DNA of 48,450 bases from Alloascoidea hylecoeti (taxonomy: Eukaryota): contig BCKZ01000012.1 of the NCBI GenBank assembly GCA_001600815.1, positions 434,001-482,450 of the forward strand, written 5' to 3'. Positions 39,120 to 48,450 of this stretch are shown here, piece after piece (position 1 is the first letter of the stretch; the number at the start of each line of letters is the position of its first letter). Under the pieces are notes generated by a model, which made no database searches, was not told the origin of the DNA, and saw only the letters and a program-made list of their open reading frames with translations. A program made the translations under genes and the position numbers.

Positions 39120-41293
39120 ATGCTCAAGGTGAGTTTGCTGGATCGCTTGTGTCGCGAGGGGCGCTCGGGCCGCGTGGGCCGCGAGGGGCCGGATCACATG
39201 ACTCCCCAACGGCAGAGGGTCTGCGGGCAGACATGTGACTGGACAGCACCCTAGCATGTGACCTGATCTGTAAGGCGCCAACAATACTAACCAATATCGA
39301 TCCTCAGGGAATCCGCACGCGACGCTCGTTGAAACACTCGTCCGACTCAGGCCTGCACTCGCGCTCGGTCTCGTCCGGCACAGGCCCCCACCCCCACACG
39401 GGCTCGTCCCCCAAACAGCACCCACAACGTGCCTCTGCAGCCGCGGCCCTTTGCGTCCCCAAAAAGGTCATCAAGGCTCTTTTCGACTACGACCCCCAGG
39501 GGCCCGGCGAGCTGGGCTTCCGCAAAGGCGATTTCTTCCACGTCGTAGGAAACGAAAATAACCCCGAATGGTACGAAGCTGCCAACCCTTCTACGAACCA
39601 AAAAGGTTTGGTCCCCGCCGCCTATTTCGAGGCTTTTGGCCGCACCCGTCCCCAAACAAGAAACAACTCCGTCGGCAGCAACTCAACCGACCCAGCTTCT
39701 CCAAGAGCTTTGTCCCATTCAAAATCAAATAGTGCTTCCATCAATGATGTCGATATATCCTTGTACGCTACTGGAGCTGCCTACAGTACTTTATACGCTA
39801 CAGTTCTATACGATTTTAATGCTGAAAGACCCGATGAATTAGATGTGTCTGAAGGTGAGCGTGTTATAGTTTGTGCTCATCATAATTATGAATGGTTCAT
39901 TGCAAAACCAATCGAAAGATTAGGTGGTCCAGGCTTAGTCCCATCATCTTTTGTTCAAATCACAAATATGACCACTGGCCAAATCATTGATAATGTTGTA
40001 ATGGCGATTAAAATTGGTCATGTACCAACTATTGATAAATGGAAATTGAAGAATGCGCAATATCAAGCAAATGCAATTCCATTAGGTAAAGTTGAATTAG
40101 ATCCATCTCCTTCAAATCTAGATTTTATCCCTGATCAATATAATAATTCTATATCTAATACTGCATTACAGTTGGATGGATCTATGCAACAACTGAATCT
40201 TAATGTACCTTCTTCAATTCCTGAAGGTGAAGATGAGAGTGAATCTATTAATTATAATAATCCTTATAATGAAACTTCAAATGAAATTTCAAATGAAAAT
40301 GAAATATCAAATTCATTATCAAATTCAAATTCAAATTCAAATTCAAATTCAAATTCAAATTCAAATTCAATTTATTTAGTTCAAGCTGCTGTAACTGAAT
40401 TTTTATTTGATAATGATAGATATTGGTATGTTGTTACTTGTCATACATCTGATGGAAGATTTAGAAAATTATGTCGATTTTATCAAGATTTTTATGATTT
40501 TCAAATTAAATTATTAGAAGAATTCCCTGAAGAAGCTGGTAAAAATGGTAGAGATAGAATCTTACCTTTTATTCCTGGTCCATTAACTTATGTTAATGAT
40601 TCAATTTCTGGTCAAAGAAGAATTGATTTAGATCAATATGTTAAAAAATTAGTTTTATTAGATTCAAAAGTTTCTCATAGTAATTTAGTTTTACAATTAT
40701 TTGAATTACGTGATGGTGATTTAGAATCTTTTAATGAATTACCAAAAGAATTACCTGAATCTTTGGCAATACCAAAATCAAATAATCCAAGAGTTGAAAT
40801 TCCAACTGCAACTGCTGGTACTAATATTAAACATGATATAAATTATACTTCAAGTTTAACTTCTGTTGTTTCAAATGGTGAATCAAATTATACATCAAAT
40901 TTATCAAATGTATCAAATGGTGAATCATATTCATCAAATAAATTTGATAGACCAAATTCTCAAAATATAACAGAATATCATAATATCAATAATAATTTAT
41001 CAACTTCTGAATGTAATGCAATTGTTAAAGTTAAATTTTTCTTTGATGATGATATATTTGCATTAAATGTTTCACCAATTATTTCATTAATTGAATTAAT
41101 TGAAAAAGTTGGTTCTAAATTAGAATTAAATCCATCAATTTTACATTTAACTTATTTACCACCAAATAGATCAACATCAAATAATGATGAAAATGATCGT
41201 GATACTTTTGTTAATATTCAAAATGATGATGATTTATGGAATGTATTGGAAGGGAAAAAGAAAGTTTTATTATATATTAGAACTGTTTCATGA
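39120..41293 (+). CDS. BEM1: Polarity scaffold Bem1 (SH3-SH3-PX-PB1); exons 39120-39128 and 39308-41293
   Basis: ATGCTCAAG|GTGAGT...TACTAAC...CAG|GGA joins in frame (MLKGIRTRRSLK); KVIKALFDY..GLVPAAYF, YDFNAERPDEL..WFIAKPIERLGGPGLVP, PX RFYQDFYDFQI, PB1 KVKFFFDDDIFAL. Confidence 0.96.
40319..40370 (+). repeat. (TCAAAT)n coding microsatellite giving a Ser-Asn repeat in Bem1
   Basis: Tandem tcaaat units. Confidence 0.9.
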
Positions 41294-41338
41294 TTTTATA
41301 AAAAGAAATTATGAATAAACTTGTGCTATAACTTTATT

Positions 41339-41340
<2 letters not shown>

Positions 41341-41385
<45 letters not shown>
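41341..41385 (+). repeat. 45-nt poly(T) tract downstream of BEM1
   Basis: Direct count. Confidence 0.95.
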
Positions 41386-41386
<1 letters not shown>

Positions 41387-41699
41387 ATGGTTCTATTACT
41401 AATATTAACAAAGTACTATTAACGGAAATTTTTATCCCTAATATTTATAACTAAATTTGAATCTTTTGATATGATATGATCTTTATTTTATCTTTTTTTT
41501 TTTTTTTTGAAGTTTTTATTGAAGTTTTTATTAACATTGACTCTTTTTATATATTCCATTTCTTTGTTTTTTTCTATTTCTTATTTCTTATTTCTTATTC
41601 TTTCTTTCTTAATTATAAACTATTCATTTTTATTCTTATTTTTTATTTTGTTTTACTACTATGGAAATTTAGATTATTATATTGTTTATTATTATAATA

Positions 41700-41736
<37 letters not shown>

Positions 41737-42077
41737 TATTACTATTGTTTTTATCTGTTTGATCTTTGCTGTTGATATTGGTGTTTCTTTTCTCTCTTTT
41801 TTCTTCTTTTTTCTTCATAAATATTTATATTGTTTATTTTTTAAATTTAAATTACTAATTATTGAGCTTAATCCCTTTTCTTTCATATAAATTTTATATT
41901 TTACTTATTAACTTATTATACGCTAGCTAAAACTATGATAACTATGTTATGAATATATATATATAGTTGAATTTACGATGTATTAAAATTGTAATAATTG
42001 TATTTGCAATTGTAATCATAATCATAATCATAATCATAATCGATATCATATATAATAATAATTGTAATTAATATTGA

Positions 42078-42747
42078 TTAAAAATCAGTTAAAATTTGTA
42101 ATGCATCTTTTGTTTGATTTTTATATTCTTTAACTAATTTAGACATTGGTTTAAATCCTTCATTTTTTGCATCATTCATAATTTCAAATAATGTACTTTC
42201 ACTTGTTGATATAATTGCTCCTTCATTTTTCATTCTTTGTAATGCAATTGGAATTTCATATTTATTAATACTTGATATACCATCTGCAAGAACTTGTACT
42301 GAATAACCTTTTTTTAATAAATCTAATGTTGTTTGTAAAATACAAACATGAGATTCTAATCCAACTAATATAACTTTTGGTTTCTCTTTTGATAATGGAT
42401 TTAAAACTTCTGGAATACACATACTAAATTTTGTCTTATCCGCATTTGCAATAACATTTGCTTCTTTGATCTCATCAAGAATTCGAGAATCTGTATCACC
42501 TAATTTCCCTCGAAGTTGTGTAGTTAAACAAATTGGAATTCCTGTTTGTTTACAAAATTTAACTAATTTGTTGGTTCTTTAAATCATATGCATGAGGATT
42601 AATATAAAATCTTATAACATTATACTCTTAACAATATATAAATTATCAAATAACTTACGTTTGAACAAGGGATTCATATCCGTGAATATGTTTCGTGAAA
42701 ACTTGTTGAATATCACAGATGAATAGAGCGTATTTTGAAGCTGACAT
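42078..42747 (-). CDS. Isochorismatase-family (ISOC1/2-like) hydrolase; exons 42747-42659 and 42576-42078
   Basis: ALFICDIQQVF, TTQLRGKLGDT, DKTKFSM, VILVGLESHVCILQTTLDLL, STSESTLFE; GTAAGT donor and AAG acceptor keep the frame. Confidence 0.9.
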
Positions 42748-43795
42748 TGATTATAATGAAAATGTTGATGGTATGAAAAGGAAACAAGGAGAGTTGGCTC
42801 CCCACTAAATTGTATGGATATTTGAGTCACATGTGTACGAGGGATCCACCATACTTTTGCAAAAAATGATTTAATTATTTTGGGATCTACTATATATTGG
42901 AAAAAGTATCAATGGATTAATCCTTTAATTAATATTCAGATAGGATCATAACCCAATGGAAAACTCAGACAAGGGCATAAAATTTACAGGATTAAAAAAA
43001 ACATCCTCATCATTATTATGGTCCACTTGGAAAATTCTTTGACAAGAACTCAATTGCAAGAGGTTGCTCTAAAGCGCTCTTATGGTCTAATTATTTCGAC
43101 ATCAGCCTTTCGATTGTATCCTATTTGAAAACCAATGCAAGATAGAGGCATTTCACAAAGTTAGTAGAAAAAGTTACTCTTCGTGTATTTCTATTTTTCA
43201 AGTAATAATTAATACTATTTTTAGTTAAACAAATTTTTAAAAAGTTTAATTGACATATTTTTTAGAAATACTAGTTTGCTTCTTTTTCACCCCCGCCCTT
43301 CTGTTTACAACCTAACTAAATAAAGTAAGATACCCACTCCTCTTGTCAAAGGTGTGAAGCTTCATTATTGGTTGAAAAGGATCACAAGCATTATCAAAGT
43401 ATTGAGGGAGTCATCAATTTTACTTCAAATACCATGTACGTATAGGAAGACAAGATATTTCATTAGGTGTTTCTCGTTCATCAAGACTTTTAACGAATAC
43501 AACTATAATCAAATTAAATCAATCTTCAAGCTGTTTGTAGCTTATTCCTCTATCTTTAGTCTGGATTAGAAAATGAAATCCTCTATGAACAACTAAAGTT
43601 AGGTTCGTTAAAATCTTGAAAATATAAAGAGAAGCACCGAATGAAATATTTTGGCTTTGTAAACCTGAAGTAAAATTTATAACTCTCACAATAATTTGAT
43701 GATGATTTATGTTAAGAAACCACATTGAACACAATAATCTTTAAAATCAAATTTATAAAATCAAAAATATACCAGTATAAATTTCATAAGATTTT

Positions 43796-44061
43796 TTAAA
43801 TTTTCTTAACCCTTTTTCTTTTTTTGTTTCTCTGTGCAATAGTCATTTCTTTTTCCTCGCGCTCTTTATTAAATATTCTATGCTTTTCTTTTTGTCGATC
43901 CAATTCAAGTGTATCATTTGTTTTTTCAGATATCGATGACAACCTAAGCTTTTCTAATTCTTTTAGTTCTAATTTCTTATCGGTTGATGTAGGGGCGGAT
44001 AAGCTACGTTACCGAACCCGAAACCGAAAAAGTATACTTCACCCTCACTAGTTGCAATTTT
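43796..44061 (-). pseudogene. Decayed C-terminal remnant of a third nuclease-kinase family copy
   Basis: KIATSEGEVYFFGFGFGNVA versus MKVTADKEVYFFDFGFGNTA of the 660-aa ORF; after a frameshift, a charged tail ending NKKRKRVKKI* versus GTKRKRSDNL*. Confidence 0.72.
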
Positions 44062-44063
44062 AG

Positions 44064-45255
44064 GAACTTCTCCAACATGATACCCGGAATAATTGGATGA
44101 ATAGAATATCTGATAAAGCTCCTTTGGTAAGAGAAAGATGGACTATGAAATCTTATACCGTTCTTGCTACAGAGTTGATGTTATTAAAGAAGTTTCGAAT
44201 GGTTTAACCAAATGTTTAATCGATACTAATAGAAAAGTTAGATTATTTGCTTGCAAAACAGTTTTATTATTATCTGAACATTTATTACCTACAAAAATCA
44301 GAAATAAAACATTAGTTTAGCAAGAGAACATGATCCAACCATTAGATCTAGAATATAGTTATTGATATACTGGGACAATTATATAATGAAAATTTTGGAG
44401 ACTTATATTTTGGTAATAATGATGGACTGCCTGTAATCAAGAGTAGGGTAACCACATATATTTTCTATAAGTATACCATACTAGTCAATTTCTTTAATCG
44501 ACTTGGTTCGACAATCAGATATTGCCCAACCCCTATCTCACGGGTACATCACCATTTGAAATTAATAATGAAACTCTTATTAATAGATTATTAACTGTTA
44601 TAAAAAATATTAATGATTCAAAATCAAAAAATTTATTTGTATCAATTGGTAAAAAAAGGATCACCAATTGATGATAAAGAAATTACATCAAACATTACAA
44701 AATCAATTGAACAAATATCGAATAAAGCTAAAAAATGGTTCTCTGCTTTATTTCCTGATGATATGGATGTTGAAAGATTATTAACAGAATTTATTAATAA
44801 AAATGGTAAAAGATGGTATTACCATTAAATAAAAAGATCTAAAAATTGTATCTCATATTTCAGTTTTAACTTCATTATACTGAACATGTACATGTATCAT
44901 TACCTGAAATAATTGGTATAAAAGAAAATGAAGAAATAACAGCATATCTATATCTTATTAAAAATGTTCTTTTGAAAAATGATATTTCAATATATGAAGA
45001 AAATGATCAATTATGGTTAAATGATAAATTAATACAGAGAATTTAGCAAATATTTATGTTTTAAAATTATTTGTTAATCGTTTAAAAATTTATGAAGAAT
45101 CTTCTGAAGATGCAACACATCAAGCTGATCCTGTTTTTAAAATTTTATTTTCATTAATTGGACATGGTGGTGAGATATCAACTCCTTCATACACAAGATC
45201 AAGATTAAGGCTACAGACAAGATTATTATTACTTAGCAAAGTTCCTCAGCAATTC
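44064..45255 (+). pseudogene. PDS5: Decayed internal fragments of cohesin regulator PDS5
   Basis: Colinear blocks in shifting frames: NNWMNRISDKAPLVRERWT, EVSNGLTKCLIDTNRKVR, LAREHDPTIR, PFEINNETLINRLLTV, KWFSALFPD, YVLKLFVNRLK, FKILFSLIGHGGEI, TPSYTRSRLRL; each resembles fungal Pds5; no start or end, many indels. Confidence 0.85.
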
Positions 45256-45304
45256 ATAGAATAAAATAAATAAAGCAAAATCATAAAAAGTTAAATATAG
45301 CCGA

Positions 45305-47287
45305 TTACAAATTATCTGACCTTTTTCTTTTTGTTCCTAAATTCTGTGGCAATTTATATTTTTCATTTTTTAATGCTTCTTCCCTGATATTTTGCAATTT
45401 GGTCAAGTCTTCCTCTTTTCGACGACGAGTGGCTTTTCTACTAATTCTTGCTCCTTTTCTTTTTCTTGTTTTTGTTTTTGTTCTTTGAGCTGTGTTTCCA
45501 AAGCCAAAGTCAAAAAAGTACACCTCTTTATCTGCTGTGACCTTCATGTTAGATCTTCTTATGTCACCATGAATTATTCCCTGTTTATGTAACAAATTCA
45601 ANNTTTTCTCGGCTTTGTCGAAAACACCTTTATCTAAGAAATCAGGNTTTTCCCCTTCTATGAATTCTATTAGAAGAAATAAACCAGAACTACAAATAAT
45701 ATCATTGTCATAAACAGTACAAAACCCTATTCCATAAAGAGTAGGGACAATCTTTTTAAATCTTTCGTCACCTGCTACTGACAAGTAACTATCNAGTTCA
45801 TTCTCATAACACTCATAACAATGTTTAGCCATCTCATTCAAGCCTCTATCAACGTTAGCACAGGTAACTGGATCAATTATCTTCAGAATATATTTTTTGT
45901 TTTCCATAAGATTAAAGCAACAGATTCCACCAGTAGCTTCGATAATTGTTGTACCATTGAAAACCAATACTTGGGAATGATATTGATATTCTTGAGAATA
46001 TTGAATTCGATCCTCTAATGGGATTAAATTAATATTTATTTTTAAATCCATTTGGCAAGTAAAATGTCCTTCTTTTTTTCTAAAATATACGGATTTCAAA
46101 AATAAATNTTTTAAATTTTGNCTAGATTTTATTTCATCTTTAATGATTTCACCGAGAGTTTCAGCTAATAATACGTTAGNAATATGTTGCATCTCTTCTT
46201 CAACTTTGTTTCTAGTGTAACGATCGAAAAAATCAATAGATTTTTTTATAAAACATAATAATGTTGATAAAACATTTTGGTTCTCAGCTTTAATAATTTT
46301 GTAATTGATTTTGAGTGTTTTGTAAAGAACCTCTTTACTTCCAGGAAATCCTATCGAATTTTCTTCACCTTCCTCTAGACCAATACCAGTAGTACATATT
46401 TGTAAGAAGAACATTATAAAACCGTCACTAAGGATGCCAAATGGCGTCTTTAATGTTAAGCACTGTTGCAGTACTTCATCAACTCTTACTTTAAAATCAG
46501 AGTTNATTGAAAAATGGTTGATGTCGCCGACCATTTTAGTTAATATAGGCCTTTTCAATTCTATGGTGATGAGAGGCTCATACATATGATAAATCANCAA
46601 ATCTGATNTTGTAGTTAATTTTACCTTTCTTCCTTTTAATTGNTTTATTANTCCGGGTCGTTCTCCTNTGACGGTNAAATATGATGAACTCGTTAATGTA
46701 TTAAAAATCTNGAGGCAGGGAGTAAACAGCTTNANAAGAAGAAATTGGNGGACGTNTGCTTCTTGCAATTCTCCTTCAGAGAAAAAGTTTGTATCCAGAA
46801 TTGACACCAATTGATTATTTAACCCTCTATATATAGGGCCTTTTACTACCGGTAACATTTCCTTGACCCACGGTTCGTTTTTAAAATCCAGCACTAGTTC
46901 TCCATCGAGTTCGAAAATAATCTCCTTCATATAATCACTTAATTTGTTTCTTTTCGACGTAACCCCACTTGCTGTTGTAGACTTACTGCTACTTTTGTTG
47001 AGACTACCAGTATTCATTATGGGTTTACTTGATCCTGCAATTTGGCTACCAATTTGAATCAACCCCGTCATTGGAATATTAAATAAAAAATTTACCAATA
47101 CATCTGGACTGCAATTGATCATTATATCTTCTGTGGTAAGCTTCTCCAATTCCTCCAAGTTTTCTTGGATTTTTAAATCTCCAAAATAATTCGCCATATT
47201 TATTTGGCATAATTGATCCCCATTTTCTCTGATTTTTTCTTCGACATCTTCTGCAAACCGCTTAAATTTCACTATAATACTCTCCAT
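45305..47287 (-). CDS. Putative PD-(D/E)XK nuclease plus atypical protein kinase fusion (Crinkler REase-kinase / Spok-like architecture), 660 aa
   Basis: Nuclease-like SDLxI...ITIELKRP...VLQQ...FGILSDG; kinase YILKIID, YENE, IVPTLYG, LLIEFIEG, LHKQGIIHGDIRRSN, FFDFG with truncated C-lobe; basic NLS-like tail. Confidence 0.78.
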   Translation of the reverse strand: MESIIVKFKRFAEDVEEKIRENGDQLCQINMANYFGDLKIQENLEELEKLTTEDIMINCSPDVLVNFLFNIPMTGLIQIGSQIAGSSKPIMNTGSLNKSSSKSTTASGVTSKRNKLSDYMKEIIFELDGELVLDFKNEPWVKEMLPVVKGPIYRGLNNQLVSILDTNFFSEGELQEAXVXQFLLXKLFTPCLXIFNTLTSSSYXTVXGERPGXIXQLKGRKVKLTTXSDLXIYHMYEPLITIELKRPILTKMVGDINHFSXNSDFKVRVDEVLQQCLTLKTPFGILSDGFIMFFLQICTTGIGLEEGEENSIGFPGSKEVLYKTLKINYKIIKAENQNVLSTLLCFIKKSIDFFDRYTRNKVEEEMQHIXNVLLAETLGEIIKDEIKSXQNLKXLFLKSVYFRKKEGHFTCQMDLKININLIPLEDRIQYSQEYQYHSQVLVFNGTTIIEATGGICCFNLMENKKYILKIIDPVTCANVDRGLNEMAKHCYECYENEXDSYLSVAGDERFKKIVPTLYGIGFCTVYDNDIICSSGLFLLIEFIEGEXPDFLDKGVFDKAEKXLNLLHKQGIIHGDIRRSNMKVTADKEVYFFDFGFGNTAQRTKTKTRKRKGARISRKATRRRKEEDLTKLQNIREEALKNEKYKLPQNLGTKRKRSDNL

Positions 47288-47943
47288 TCTGTGTGGTAAA
47301 GAAAAGAAAATGGGACTGATAAGAAGGATGAGGTAGAAGTATGGCGATACATTATATAATTACGTTTAAAAAATATTTGATGGGTTTCTGATTCTAACAT
47401 CTATACATTCCTTAANTCGCGGATTCGCCTAATTAGGCAACTCTTTTTTATTGCGAAAAAGATGTGCCCTTNCCTGGTCGTATATATAAGGCAGCTAATC
47501 TGGAAGATTTACGTGAAAGACCTTCTCTGAAATCTGAATCGGTCAAAATTAATTCACCAAACCAGAAGAATAAAAAATGATTATCATTAAGAGAAAACAT
47601 AGTATTCTTAAGCTTACNATCAAGNTATTTTATCATGNTATCCTTATATACATATATTTATGGTATTTTAGGGCGCGTGGGCCAATAATATCTTGATTGA
47701 TAATAATTATAAGCTTAACTAAATAACTAAATAAAATGTAATTAGCAGTTTTTAAAAAATATTAAAGAGAATAAAAAAGTGCTGGCGATACAATAATAAC
47801 AATAAAAATTCCAAATGTGATTTTCGATCGATATGAAGAATATATTTCAAAGATATGGACAAGAGCTTTCTCCAAAAGAGCTCTAAATGTTACGAAAAGA
47901 ATTATAGCAAAAGAAGAAAACAAAATTAATGGGATCTCTATGT

Positions 47944-48450
47944 TCCCATCCAATTTAAGACACATCGATTGAATAAAGCGGGGGAAGAAATAATTTGAGG
48001 TGAAGAATTATTTTCAGGAGTATCCATTGTGAAAATAACATGAATATTTTGAACAATTTGTTGGGTAAACCATCTGTATAGCTCTTCCTGAGATTCAAGT
48101 AAAAGACCTTGAGCTTGTGCCTCATCTTTACAAGCGTTTATCAATGCTACATATTCATCTCCTTCGAATAAGCCAGGGATTTCTGCATTAGCAAGAAGGG
48201 TGGTATTCATTCTTTCAATAAAAGCTGTATCCATGATGTTTAACTCATCAATTATAAAACAAATTCGTTCACCATGTATGCCAGATCGCTTTAAAATATC
48301 TCTCAACGAAGAATCAAAATCTTGAATTGTATATTTCCTATGAACATTAAGTTAAGTTGCACAACTTTAAGACCGTTCATCCAAGAAACAAATCTTGCAA
48401 AAGTAGTTTTACCACTACTACTAGCGCCAATTAAAATCATATGGCCCTGT
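47944..48450 (-). pseudogene. DYN1: Decayed fragment of cytoplasmic dynein heavy chain (AAA4 region), continuing off the window
   Basis: [79 protein letters not shown]; 5-nt duplication frameshift at 48347-48356, extra Thr codon, abrupt stop after NWMGT. Confidence 0.88.

Noticed and set aside
38848..39655. Several overlapping short ORFs in the GC island
   Set aside because: Expected from stop-codon scarcity in GC-rich DNA; they overlap the promoter, intron and BEM1 antisense strand
41476..41890. Hydrophobic 73-aa and 127-aa ORFs
   Set aside because: Products of T-rich and (ATT)n low-complexity DNA between convergent genes
44138..44320. SCYL1/Cex1-like HEAT gene
   Set aside because: Flanking frames show it is part of the colinear PDS5 fragment
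1..48450. CRISPR arrays, rRNA or prokaryotic operon-type systems
   Set aside because: Eukaryotic spliced genes throughout; no regularly spaced repeats or rRNA-like sequence seen

Overview
This is AT-rich, intron-containing ascomycete yeast DNA. Gene content and up to six introns per gene suggest an early-diverging Saccharomycotina lineage (inference). Housekeeping genes in order are ATG3, VPS27, SMC4 (runs into an assembly gap and has an in-frame stop), ARP6, VTC5, RRP1, a CPSF6-like RRM gene, MPC2 (four exons, missed by the ORF track), a Zn2Cys6 transcription factor, SLX9, GPD, a YPR097W/LEC1-like PX gene, HEM14, a U2B''/U1A-family gene, MET22, BEM1 and an isochorismatase-family gene. The most striking non-housekeeping signal is a multicopy family encoding an N-terminal domain, a PD-(D/E)XK-like nuclease and an atypical kinase (Crinkler/Spok-like architecture). 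It appears as one full copy (45305-47287), one divergent copy cut by the gap next to SMC4 (about 5565-6022) and a decayed C-terminal remnant (43796-44061). The full copy lies between decayed internal fragments of the host genes PDS5 and DYN1, which suggests a cargo-capturing selfish element or a break-and-patch scar. Also present are a perfect 31-bp GC-rich inverted repeat inside a sharp GC island at the MET22/BEM1 divergent promoter, a Tc1/mariner relic, a short dispersed repeat and an orphan B-box upstream of SMC4. All calls are by-eye recognition; no searches were run.
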